DNA from: Hamiltosporidium tvaerminnensis FI-OER-3-3
Taxonomy: Eukaryota > Fungi > Microsporidia
Assembly: GCA_022605425.2 (NCBI GenBank)
Contig: CM061246.1
Location: forward strand, 558,001 to 622,000
Direction of reading: 5' to 3'
Length of the DNA: 64,000 bases
A program made the translations under genes and the position numbers. The notes under the pieces were generated by a model that saw only the letters and a program-made list of their open reading frames with translations, searched no databases and was not told the DNA's origin. This document shows, piece by piece, positions 1-11,150 of the stretch (the stretch's first letter is position 1; every line of letters begins with the position of its first letter).

Positions 1-3000
1 TGTTGTTCATAAGTACTTATATTTAAAGGGTGTTGTTTAAATGATAGATAGTTAACAGGGTGTTGTTTATCTATACTGTTACTAACACCCTTATAACCAT
101 ACTCCTTATTACTAACACCCTCCAACATATTCCTACTACTACCCCCTAACACCCTATTATTAACACCCCCTAACATACCAATTCTCATTACATATATAAC
201 ACCCATTACCCCCACTGCCTCACTAACACCCAACAAATACATCTTAACAGGTCTACTCTGATAATAAAACATACTAACACCTCTACACACATCACCAACA
301 ACAACATAATTCTTAAAACAACACACACTACTACACATAACATGCATATCATGAAAAGCTATAGCACTAACACCTTCAATAGGACTTACTTCATATACAA
401 ACACTTTAGTACCAATACATACTACAATCTTATATCTTAACACATCACAACATATAACAGGTCCTTTAGTATTCTCTATAGCTATAACACCTAATCTTAA
501 AGTTGTTAAAGGTTTATTTATCTGTGGTATAACACTCTTTATTTTTAATATTATTAATCTACCTTTACATATGTTATCTTCTCCTTTTATATAAGAAGTA
601 CATATTATTATATAAGGTAATACTTCTTGAGTGTTATTTAATAACATATACTTTACCATACAAATATATTCATTTAACTGTAATTTATAAGAATCTATAA
701 GGGTATTACACCTATAGAGATCAAGGGAATAAGAGTAAGTCAAGGGGAGGGTATTATTGTTGGTATTATTTTTGTTGTTGATGGGTGTGGGGAGTGTGTT
801 AGTATTTATATTAGTATTACTATTATTTATATTAGTATTACTAGTATTTATATTAGTATTATTATTACTATCTAATATACTATTTATATTACTATCCCTA
901 TTACTAATATCTATATCCACATTACTAATATCCACATTACTAATATCCACATTACTAATATCCCTATTACTAATATCTACATCACCTTTAATGTCACTCC
1001 CCCTAAATCGTGTCTCTTCTACTCTTGCTATTATAATACATTCTTCTTTCTCACAGTATGTTATACCTTTTGATTTTCTTTTTATTTTAAATTCTTCATA
1101 TAAATTATCGCTTATAAAATAATTAATTTTAGATTCAAATAAAATACCTTTGGATATGTAAATGTAGAGGGTGTTAGTAAGTGGAGTGGTATTGAGATTA
1201 AAGGTTTTATTGTTGTAGGGGTTAGTGTTGTAGGTGTTAGGTTGTTAGTGTTGTTAGTAGGGGGTGTGGTATTAAGATTAAAGGTTTTATTGTTGTAGGG
1301 GTTAGTGTAGGTGTGGGTGTTGTAGGGGTGTTGGTTATGTATACTGTTGTTAACACCCTGTTGTTCTTTAGTACTGTTGTTAACACCCTGTTGTTTATTA
1401 GATATATGGTTAACACCCTGTTGGTTATGTAGTAGTGTTGTTAACACCCTGTTGTTTATTGGATATATGGTTAAGACCCTGTTGTTTATTAGATATATGG
1501 TTAACACCCTGTTGGTTATTAGATATATGGTTAACACCCTGTTGGTTATTGGATATATGGTTAACACCCTGTTGTTTATTAGTAGTGTTATTAACAACCT
1601 CCAATCCACTATCTATATTACTAACACCCTCTAATCCACTATCTATATCACTAACACCCTCTAATCCACTATCTATATCACTAACACCCTCTAATACATC
1701 CATATCACCCTCTTCCTTACTCCCTATACATACAATACTATCTACTTGTACACTCTTATGTATAAATACTCCTAAATTATTTATCTTAACTATTAACATA
1801 TCATTACCTTTAATAAATATAATATCTTTACATATAGAAAATACAGTGTTAGTGTTATTTATAGTAAATAATATAAAACTATATAATTTAAGAAGGGTGT
1901 TATTTCTATATTCATATATACTTAATAACCCATTATAATGTTTTAAAAGTATTACTGTACGAGACATGTTAGTAACAGAAGATATTTCAAGAATGGTTAA
2001 AGGGGTTGTTATGTTGTTATTAAGATGGGTATTATTAGATAGATTGTTAACAGGGTGTAAGGTATTAGATATATTGTTAACACCCTTTATTTCAGTATCA
2101 TTATAATTAACACCCTGTTGTTCATTGGTACTTATGTTAACACCCTTTATATTATTATCCTTATAATTAACACCCTGTTGTTCATTGGTACTTATGTTAA
2201 CACCCTCTAACATATCCTTATTACTAACACCCTCTACACCATCATCTCCTAATGTGTTGTGTATAACAATACTAATATCACTTATATTACCTTTATATAA
2301 TAAAAGGTACCCTTTTAAATTATATATTAATAAATAACACCCTTTTATTATTACTAATAAATTATTAGTTATTGAAAAACAATTAACACCCTTAAAAGTA
2401 TTAATAATAGTAAAGGTGTTATAATTACTAGTAGTGTTATTAAAGGGGTGATAATTATAAGTAGTGTTATTAAAGGGGTGTAAGGTATTATAATTGTTAC
2501 TAACACCTTCATTAATATCTCTATCACTAACACTTTCTAATACAACACTAGTATCATTAACACCCTCTAATCCCTCCTTATCATTAACACCCTCTAACCT
2601 ATTCTTATCATTAACACCCTCTAACATAGTAGTATTACTAACACCCTCTAACCTACTACTATCCCTAACACCCTCTAACCTAATACTATCACCCCCACTA
2701 CTCATATTATGCTTTATTCTTAGTAAATATAACACATTATCACTAAGTATATAAATAACACCTTTAAATATATTACCTTCTTTAACACTAACCCTTATAT
2801 CTTCAATTCTTTTCATATCCTTATTAATAACACATATACCTTCTACACTTATTTGTATATAATAACACCCTTCTCTTTTAAATACAAGTGTTTCTTCTTC
2901 ATCTCTTATTTCACTTTCTACTTCTATAAGTGTGTTATTCCATTCAACTAATACACTTTCTCTTTCATTACTTAAAAGGTAATAATAAGGTATGTTATTA

Positions 3001-6000
3001 TAAGAGGGAGAGATAGTGTTGTTAGTGTTAAAGGGGTGTTGTTGTATTTCTATGGTTATCACCCTGTTGTTTATTAGTACTGGTATTAAAGGGGTGTTGT
3101 GTGGTATTGTTAGTGTTAGAGGGGTGTTGTTTACTATTGTTAGTGTTAAAGGGGTGTTGTTCATTAGGGGTATAAATATTACTGTTGTTAACACCCTGTT
3201 GTACATCATTGTAGTTAACACCCTTATAATCATTATTCTTATTACTAACACCCTCTAATTCATCTATCCTATTACTAACACCCTCTAATTCATTATTCCT
3301 ATTACTAACACCCTCTAATTCACTATTCCTATTACTAACACCCTTATAATCATCAATCCTATTACTAACACCCTTATAATCATCTATCCTTTTATTATCA
3401 CCCTTATAATCATCTATTCTTATTACTAACACCCTCTACACTACCTTTATCATTAACACCCTTATAATCATATACATTGTTATTAACACCCCCTACTACC
3501 CTATCACATACAAATACCTTATTAAATCCTTTTACTTTAACACTTCTATTTACTACAAATTCTAATCTATTAAATACCTTTATAACCTTTTTATTTTCAC
3601 TTGAAAATATCATTTCCATATTTAAAATACCACCTGTCATAACACTACTTGTTATACAACCAAATGTTTCATATACTTTAACAAGAGAAATACTTATTAA
3701 TATATTTGTATTGTTGTTTATGCATTTATTTAGGGTTAGGTCAGGGTTAGGGTTATTGGGAGTATTACTATTAATATTGTTGTTTTATTACTGTTAGTAT
3801 TACCAGTATTAGGGGTATTGTTGTTTATGCATTTATTTAGGGTTAGGGTAGGGTTAGGGTTATTAGTATCTATATTATTACTATCTATGAGAGCAGTATT
3901 ATTATCAGTAATAGTATTAGTATCACATCTATCACTATTACTACCACTGTTATTACTATTGTTAAACTCACCACCACCATTACCACCCTTCATCTCATAG
4001 TACTTAAGTATATCACTTACATTATTAATATTAACACCTCTTCTTCTATTAATACCATATAAATACATATTAGACCTGTTAGATCCTATAATAATATAAT
4101 TATTATTATTACTAATACAAGTAGGAAAATAACACCCTTTTATTTTATTAGTAATTATATCTTTTATAGTGTTATATTCTTTATTTATAGTAAATATAAG
4201 GGTAATACCAGGTATAAATATTAAAAGGGTGTTATTTATAAAAGTAGAGACAGAGTTATAAATAACCGTATCAGTAAGTGGGGTGTTATTAGTATTGTTG
4301 TTAGTAGTCTTATTATAAGGGTTATTAGTAGTATTAGTGTAAGGGATGTTATCATAAGTACTATCCTCACTATTATCTAACACCCCTTTATCATAAGTAA
4401 TGTTATTATTGCCTAACACCCCTTTATCATAAGTACTATCCTCACTATTATATAACACCCCTTTATCATAAGTACCATCATTACTACTATCTAACACCCC
4501 TTTAACAAACCCTCCATCCATCTCTCTATATAACACCCCTTTATCATAAGTACCATCATTACTACTATCTAACACCCCTTTACCTAACCCTCCATCCATC
4601 TCTCTATCTAACACCCCTTTACCTAACCCTCTATCCTCACTATTATCTAACACCCCTTTATCATAAGTACCATCATTACTACTATCTAAAACCCCTTTAC
4701 CTAACCCTCCATCCATCTCTCTATCTAACACCCCTTTATCTAACCCTCTACTATACTGATTAATATTTACTGTTCTAACACCCCCTTTACATATAAATAC
4801 TACACTATTATTTCCTATACAAGATAACACCTCATTACTATACAATAATTTAAAAGTATAAAGTGGTAAAGTATGAGTAGATAATATAATAAAGGTATTA
4901 TAATTATAAGAAGTAATTAATATTTTATTATTGTATAGAAATGCCAGTGTAGGATGTAAAGAATAAGAAATAAATGTTATATCTGTTATATTATAAAGAG
5001 TAGGTGATATTTGTAAGTACTTAAAGGTAAGAGAGGAGTGTAGTAGTGTATTGCTAGTGTTAGGGGTGTAAGGGGTGTTAGTATAGGGGTTATTATTGTT
5101 GTTATCAGTATTGTTGCTATCAGTAGTATTATTATTGTTAATATTGTTATTAATATAGGGGTTATTATTAAGATTATTAGTATAAGGGTTATTACTACTA
5201 TTACTAGTATAACCCTTACAACTATAACCCTTACAACTATAACCCTTACAACTCCCCTTACTACATCCTTGCTCTTTTTGGTTGTAGAGTGGGAATAAAG
5301 AGAAATGTGTTGGTGAAATATGAATAATACCAATATCTTTAGAAAGTCTAAAGAAAGAAGGGTGTTGTACATTTATATCATATTCTTCTTTTTCAAAATA
5401 TCTTAATGAAGTAGTGATATAGCAATTTGACAGGTGGTCGTAAGTAAGGGTTGATATTTTTGCATTTTTAAAAAGTATTATTATGTTGTGATGTACTTCA
5501 TCAGTGTTAGGTGTATTTGTATTGGTTGTATTAGTTGTGTTGTTGGTTGTGTTGGTTGTATTAGTTGTATTAGTTGTGTTGTTAGTTGTACTAGTTGTGT
5601 TGTTAGTATTATCAGTTATATCGGTTATATCAGTTATATCCGTTATATTATTTGCATTATTACTTATATTATTTGTATTATTACTTATATTATTTGTATT
5701 ATTTGTATCAGTTGTATCATTTACATCCTTATTATCACCTATATCATTTACATCCTTATTATCACCTATATCATTTACATCCCCATTATTAGTTATATCC
5801 TTACCTATATTATTAGCTATATCCTTACTTATATCACATTTATTATTTATTGGTTTGGTGCAGTGAATACAGGGATATTTTTCTATTTGAAGTATTTTTT
5901 CGTAAAAAGTGTCTTTTTTTAAGAGAAAGAGTGTATGGTTAGTTTTAAAGGAGTATAGGTGTGTTGTGTTATTGGTAACTGTAAGTAGAAGGTCTGTGTG

Positions 6001-6072
6001 TGGTTGTAGTTTTCCTAAAAGTATGTGGTCACATGTTTTTGTTATGGGTTTTTTTGATATGAAGTAGTTCAT
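1..6072 (-). CDS. CPSF1: Cleavage and polyadenylation specificity factor 160 kDa subunit (CPSF160/Cft1); repeat-expanded, split by five apparent frameshifts, 3' end outside the window
   Basis: N-terminal IIILFKNAKISTLTYD...TTSLRYFE matches the CPSF160 LLLSFKDAKLSVVEYD...LSLHYFE segment. Manual translation of 750->240 gives GEDNICKGRLIILKIKSVIPQINKPLT...KGPVICC...CIGTKVFVY...AIAFHDMHV...KNYVVVGDVCRGVSMFYYQSRP, the CPSF_A C-terminal propeller. Joining ORFs 3736-6072, 3410-3640, 3028-3432, 1425-3251, 1112-1609 and the frame open to position 1 needs 1-nt indels near 3783, 3420, 3045, 1438 and 1241. Confidence 0.9.
1340..1700. repeat. 30-nt in-frame tandem repeats within CPSF160 (QQGVNHISNN and LEGVSDIDSG units)
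   Basis: Repeated ttaacaccctgttg(g/t)ttatt(a/g)gatatatgg and ctaacaccctctaatccactatctatatca units. Confidence 0.95.
3238..3470. repeat. 30-nt tandem repeats within CPSF160 (LEGVSNRNNE / YKGVSNRIDD)
   Basis: Repeated attactaacaccc(tct/tta)aat units with 30-nt periodicity. Confidence 0.9.
4348..4750. repeat. 39-nt tandem repeats within CPSF160 (DKGVLDSSNDGTY / GKGVLDREMDGGL)
   Basis: About ten 13-codon units, each containing ctaacacccctttatc/acc. Confidence 0.9.
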
Positions 6073-6100
6073 TTTAGGAGAGAAAGGGTTCTTTTTTTAA
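6073..6100 (-). promoter_or_regulatory. Microsporidian CCC-like transcription initiation motif of CPSF160
   Basis: Minus strand reads tttaaaaaaagaaCCCtttctctcctaaaATG; CCC at 6088-6086. Confidence 0.6.
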
Positions 6101-6113
6101 ATAAGAATTAAGC

Positions 6114-6345
6114 GTATAAGGGAGGGGAGAGAAAAGGGAATTTATGATTTATGGAAATTATGGGTATAAGGGAGAGGAGAGGGGAGAGAAAAGGGAATTT
6201 ATGATTTATGGAAATTAAGGGTATAAGGGAGAGGAGAGAATTTTATGATTTATGGAAATTAAGGATAGAAGGGAGAATTTATAGTTAGAATAGAAAATAG
6301 AAATTAATGGTAGAAGGGAGAGAGAAGAGAATTTATGATTTAGTA
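6114..6345. repeat. Purine-rich degenerate tandem repeat upstream of CPSF160
   Basis: Three to four copies of gtataagggag(a/g)ggagagaaaagggaatttatgatttatggaaatta. Confidence 0.85.
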
Positions 6346-6492
6346 ATAGAAAATAATAATTCTTATTGTTTTATTTATTTTATTGTTATTTAGGGATTTA
6401 TAACATGGAAAAGTAGATGATTCTTATTGTTTTATTTATTTTTTTATTGTTCTGAGTTTATTTATCTTAGAATGATAAATGTCTTTTAAAAG

Positions 6493-6651
6493 GTCTAGGT
6501 TTTACAATAATATTCAAAAGAACTATGTCTTAAATGGTGTGTGGAAGGTGATTGATATTTTTTGTTGTAAGTCTAGGTTTTACAATAATATTCAAAAGAA
6601 CTATGTCTTAAATGGTGTGTAGAAAATGATTGATATTTTTTGTTGTAAGTA
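6493..6651. repeat. ~78-bp tandem duplication
   Basis: gtctaggttttacaataatattcaaaagaactatgtcttaaatggtgtgt...tgattgatattttttgttgtaag occurs twice. Confidence 0.9.
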
Positions 6652-6790
6652 GTGTGATAGCCGGTTGGAACTTACTTTGGTGTCTCATAAGACTAATTGT
6701 ATTCTTACTTACTATCACTTTCTGAATCCAATAAACTTCTAGCTAATTTATATTATGGCGACTTACATGGAGTATACTTAAGTGTTTATA
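6600..6790 (-). repeat. Diverged inverted fragment of the dispersed 7.1-7.8 kb / 47.8-48.3 kb element
   Basis: actttctgaatccaataaacttctagctaa...ttacatgg aligns to the reverse complement of 7520-7615 (actttcagaacccaataaactgctagctaa...ttacatgg). Confidence 0.7.
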
Positions 6791-7139
6791 TGCAATAGAA
6801 AAGGTTTGGATTCTATTTGGAGATAGTGAATTTTATAGGGTTTTTCTGTATTTCCATTGTTAAGTTTTCTAACTCGAGTAAACAAAGTTGGGTTTCGATG
6901 CTTTCTTATAGAAATTACTTACAATTTTATTTTTAGATTTAAATATGGTTAAATAACTTATTTTAAATCTAAAAATAAAATTTGCTTTCTATTGAATACT
7001 TTACAGTTAATTATTTTTTTTATTTCAGTTTCTTTTCGTAAAGCGGATATTTCAGAACAGAATTTTAAGAAATAATTAACTGTAAATTAAAAGAGATGTA
7101 TAAAATAAAATTTAAAATTCAATTTATTATTAATAGTGG

Positions 7140-7780
7140 GAAAAGTAGATAACCACATAAAAAACTTTTTGCTTGGCAATGGGTGTGTGAAACTGGTGTG
7201 AGATCATTGTTTGGATTTTTGGTGGGAATAAAACCACATTACATCTTCAGTTGTTCCATGGGAGTTGTTATGAAGAGGAGAAGGTTTTAGGAATAACGAA
7301 ACTTTTCTTAAAAATTTATTTGTAGTTTTTTATGTAATTAGATCATAGACCGCAGCTGAAATTGTAGGTTTTGCCATGTAAAAGCATGGAAACCTAGCCT
7401 TGCTCACTCGGGTTAGATGACTTAGCGCCCGGGAGATATAAAAATAAACTTATTTAAAGCCAGGAAAGGTAAGTAGCGGGTTATACCTGTTGTTATGACA
7501 TTGCACCATATAGATAGGCCCCATGTAAATCTCTGAAATATATCTTAGCTAGCAGTTTATTGGGTTCTGAAAGTCTAGAGTAAGTGGTAATGCTACAGTC
7601 TTGGGGGAGACAAAAGAATCTCGGCCTTCGATAACACTCCATGCAACTAACATTAACGAACATCGGGCAACTGCTTAGCCTATTATTAGGTTCTAAACAC
7701 CTGGTAGATGAAAAGCTTTGAGACATAGGTATCACAGGGGTTTCTGATGGAGTTTGGGGTAGCAGTTATTTATGTTAAAC
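7140..7780. repeat. Dispersed non-coding repeat element, copy A (unclassified)
   Basis: Colinear with 47815-48345 over ~530 bp, GC-richer than its flanks, no long ORF shared by both copies. Right boundary is approximate. Confidence 0.8.
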
Positions 7781-7925
7781 CTAGAACTGCGTTAATGTCA
7801 TGAAAACAAATATAACACTTGCCACTATTTTAAAAAGATGGGATACTTTTAAATAAATTATTTTTTTACCAAAGGATACAGTCTTATATATTCTTAGTTA
7901 TTAAAAATTAAAATTTAAAATAATT

Positions 7926-10325
7926 TTACTTAAATAATAATTTTAGATTTGAATTAAAAAAATTATAAATTGTTTGACCTTTTTCACTACCAAAAATACA
8001 AATAAGTTTTTCTAAATTTGAACTAATAAATTCTTTTAAATTTTTAAAGTTTGAAATAACCTTTCTATAATTAAAGTAATCAATTCCAGGAATACTTAAA
8101 ATTATTTCTTGTAAAATAGGATTAATATAATTTATCTTTGATTTTTCTACACTGGGATTTTTATATCTCTTCTGTAGATTTCGAATTGATTGAATTGAGA
8201 ATAAATGTGAATTCGACCAAATAATTCTTATTTTTTTAAAATGTAAAATTATTAAAATTAATTTAGATAATATACTATTTTTAAAAGATTCTTCTTTAAA
8301 GTTAAAATAATCGGATAAACAAGGGCGTCTTCCATTATCAAATTCTAATAAAAGATAATTGAAGGTATAACTATGTTCCATCATTTTCAGTTGTAAATAT
8401 AATCTTCCACTGTTTAATGAAGAAATTAAATCTAAAATATTTTTTCTTTCTAAACATATTGAAGATCCTAATAAATAATCACCTATCTCCAAAGCCATTA
8501 CATCTATTTTATTCCCAGATTTATAAAGAAAATATGGCAAACCAGATCTCATTTCTCTAAAGTCTATATACACTTTATATTCTCTTATCTCTTCTTCACT
8601 ATCTTCTAAATCTATAGCAATTTCTTTTGATAGATCTAATGACATGGTAGAATAATTTTCGATCAGTTTTACAAAACAGTCTTTTTCATTTCTTATTTCC
8701 ATTAAATACTTTTGTTCTTCGAGAGAGTCTTTATACATTAACAAATAAACACAGACATTTTTTTCTGTTTTATTTGCCCAAGTTTCAATCTTTCTAATAC
8801 AACCCAAATCATTTTCAATAAAAAATACAAAATCATAATTTATTTCACAGAGAAGAAAATCATAAAAAGTTAGAACTGTAATAAAATTAGTTTCTTGTTT
8901 ATTTTCTGGTTTTAAAAAATTAAAAATTGTATTTTCGGTTTTGGTTTTTATTTCTGTATTTATTTTTAAACCGAAATTTTTGATTTTGTCAATCAAACAT
9001 TCTGAAATAAATGTATTTGGTGTTAGGATTACTATTTTCTTAGAAGATAATTCAATTATTAACTCAATCAGTTTATTGATTTTTAAATTGCTTGAAAATT
9101 TGCATTTAAAATTATTTTTGCATTTCGATTCCTGTTTAAAATGAGTTTCTTTAATTCTTTTACTTTTTTGATTATGGGAAATCTGTAAATATGTTTGAGA
9201 ATCCGAATTAGTAGGTTCATATTCCTTTTTATTATTTGATTCATTGGGTTTACATTTTATGGATTTGTTATTCTCTTCTATTTCCAAATAATATTCTATG
9301 GATTTGTTATTCTCTTCTATTTCTGAACAATATTCTATGGATTTACTATTCTCTTCTATTTCTAAACAATATTCCGATGATCTTTCTAATAACGCATGAG
9401 ATATTGGATGATTTATCCAAGTAGAATTATTTTTTAGTTCAATTTGTTCTTCAAAAATGGCTTTTAAATATTGATAGAAATATTTAAAATCTACATTGAA
9501 GAGAAGAAAATACAGTTCTTTCATATTTTTTAAGTCTGCGATGAGTCTTTTAATTTGTAATTTTGATTCAAATTTTTTTGAAATAATTTTTAAAATTTTG
9601 TTGAAACCATATAATAAAATATTCTCGTAATCAAAATCTATTTCTTTACAATATGTTTTGAGTTCTTTGAATAAACACTGAATTACTTCAATTAACATCA
9701 TCTGAATCTCTTCATGTTTCGAAGGTAATTTAAATTTAATCTCATTCAATTCAATTTCCTTTGCAAGAGATTTTTTAATTGTTTTATGAAATCTTGGATA
9801 AATAAATACTTTTTTTATTCTAAGAACTTTTAATATTTGTTGAATTCCAGAAAATCTACTCATTATTACATGTGGGAATACTGTAAATGCTTTTATAAGA
9901 CCTTCGCTATTTCTTTCTCTAAAAAGATAAATTATAAATTCCTCAGTAGAATTCTCTTTTAAAGTTTCTGCGTTATTAATAAGAAAGCAACTTATTTTAG
10001 TTGTTTCAATAACTTCATTTAAAATATCTGTAACTAAAATCCTAGAAGATACATAAAATACTCCTCCGGTTTTGTATAATGCTTTTCTTTTATCAATTGT
10101 CATTGGATTTTCATTCAGATTATGTAAATATTTATTTTTAAAAGAAAAAAAATATTTTTCTTCATTTAATGACAAATTAAGTAGAATAACCAAAGAAGAT
10201 GAATTTAAATACATTTTTATATTTTGTAAAATAATATCTTCTATTCCCAACCCTCTGGCCATTATAAGTAGATAATTTTTTCCATTTGCTTCTTTTAAAA
10301 TTTCTTTTTCATATTCTAAAAGCAT
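7926..10325 (-). CDS. RAD1: DNA repair endonuclease XPF/Rad1 (ERCC4 family)
   Basis: N-terminal LLIMARGLG, R..LY..GGVFYVSSRILVTDIL and YPRFH of the helicase-like domain; nuclease motifs VYIDFREMRS, GDY, ERKNILDLISSLNSGRLYLQ; C-terminal HhH-like SIPGI. Start placed at ATG 10325 (the track starts at an upstream TTG); CCC 6 nt upstream. Confidence 0.95.
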   Translation of the reverse strand: MLLEYEKEILKEANGKNYLLIMARGLGIEDIILQNIKMYLNSSSLVILLNLSLNEEKYFFSFKNKYLHNLNENPMTIDKRKALYKTGGVFYVSSRILVTDILNEVIETTKISCFLINNAETLKENSTEEFIIYLFRERNSEGLIKAFTVFPHVIMSRFSGIQQILKVLRIKKVFIYPRFHKTIKKSLAKEIELNEIKFKLPSKHEEIQMMLIEVIQCLFKELKTYCKEIDFDYENILLYGFNKILKIISKKFESKLQIKRLIADLKNMKELYFLLFNVDFKYFYQYLKAIFEEQIELKNNSTWINHPISHALLERSSEYCLEIEENSKSIEYCSEIEENNKSIEYYLEIEENNKSIKCKPNESNNKKEYEPTNSDSQTYLQISHNQKSKRIKETHFKQESKCKNNFKCKFSSNLKINKLIELIIELSSKKIVILTPNTFISECLIDKIKNFGLKINTEIKTKTENTIFNFLKPENKQETNFITVLTFYDFLLCEINYDFVFFIENDLGCIRKIETWANKTEKNVCVYLLMYKDSLEEQKYLMEIRNEKDCFVKLIENYSTMSLDLSKEIAIDLEDSEEEIREYKVYIDFREMRSGLPYFLYKSGNKIDVMALEIGDYLLGSSICLERKNILDLISSLNSGRLYLQLKMMEHSYTFNYLLLEFDNGRRPCLSDYFNFKEESFKNSILSKLILIILHFKKIRIIWSNSHLFSIQSIRNLQKRYKNPSVEKSKINYINPILQEIILSIPGIDYFNYRKVISNFKNLKEFISSNLEKLICIFGSEKGQTIYNFFNSNLKLLFK
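9259..9375. repeat. 3 x 39-nt in-frame tandem repeat in XPF (EYCLEIEENSKSI)
   Basis: atggatttgttattctcttctatttc...aatattct repeated three times. Confidence 0.95.
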
Positions 10326-10659
10326 CAAAATGGGTGATGAAATTCATATGTAGTTTAAAAAATATAAATTGTAGGTTAGACAAAATATTCCGATGAATTC
10401 CCTCATGCTAATGTTTTAATGGTTTAAAAACTAAAGTGTGAGTTTTTTCAGGAGAAATCTTCAAATTCAAATAAGAATAAAAAGAAGATATCAGAATAGA
10501 AATTCATATCACAATAAAAAAAAAGTAAAAAAATAAAATTGAAGCGTAAATTAGTAGTAAAGAGGCTACACATATTTATTTTTGATAAGAGTTTAAAACA
10601 AGAAAATATTTATTAAGCTAAGAATTACATTTTAAGCTTCAAATCAAATATTCAAAACA

Positions 10660-11150
10660 GAACACTTAGGCATTATGACTTGCTAGCCAATGAGTTGGGT
10701 CTTATTTATAATTGTAATACCGAGCTAATCCTTTAGGTGATAGCCCGGGAAGATATTTCGGATAAATATCATGAGTCTTACATAAAAAGATTTTAAATAC
10801 TCATAAATATAGAGGCATATATTCAGTCGATAGTACGAAAGAAGACAGACAAAACAAATTACTTAATCGACAAAGAAGACCTCAGTCGGACTAAATGACT
10901 AATAAAGTTTTCAGAGCGCATCATGGGTTTTATACAATAGCCAATGACAAAGAACTAATTTTTGTTTACTTCTCGCTAGAAATTAAGAATATGGTGACAA
11001 ATAGGTAAAAATCAAAAATTCTATATTTTAGAGATTAAACACGATGGAAAAGCCATACCCAAAGGAACAAACAATCAATATAAATGAAAATTCAAATCTA
11101 GAAGAAGTAATTAAAGAGGTGGAGCGAAATGTATAAAAAAATAAAAAACA
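10660..11150 (+). mobile_element. Decayed 3' end of a restriction-like-endonuclease (RLE) non-LTR retrotransposon
   Basis: Translates with stops as LRHYDLLANELGLIYNCNTELIL*VIAREDISDKYHESYIKRF*ILINIEAYIQSIVRKKT, resembling the K..KY..LA.EL...IIP.V C-terminus of RLE domains. Ends aatataaatgaaaattcaaatctagaagaag...gaaatgtataaaa, shared with 17495-17830 and 22185-22272. Confidence 0.7.

Noticed and set aside
1340-1700. Regularly spaced 30-nt repeats resembling a CRISPR array
   Set aside because: No unique spacers, in-frame coding repeats, eukaryotic genome and no cas genes.
757-5922. Plus-strand and alternative-frame ORFs rich in L/I/V/T/P/C over the CPSF160 locus
   Set aside because: Antisense or out-of-frame shadows of the tandem repeats; conserved homology is on the minus strand only.
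7460-7480. tacttacct on the minus strand, resembling the U1 snRNA 5' end
   Set aside because: Not conserved in copy B (tacttagct) and no further U1 features are evident.
7493-7735. 80-aa ORF here and ORFs at 47793-48448 in the dispersed repeat
   Set aside because: Short, with starts and stops not consistently conserved between copies and no recognisable domain.
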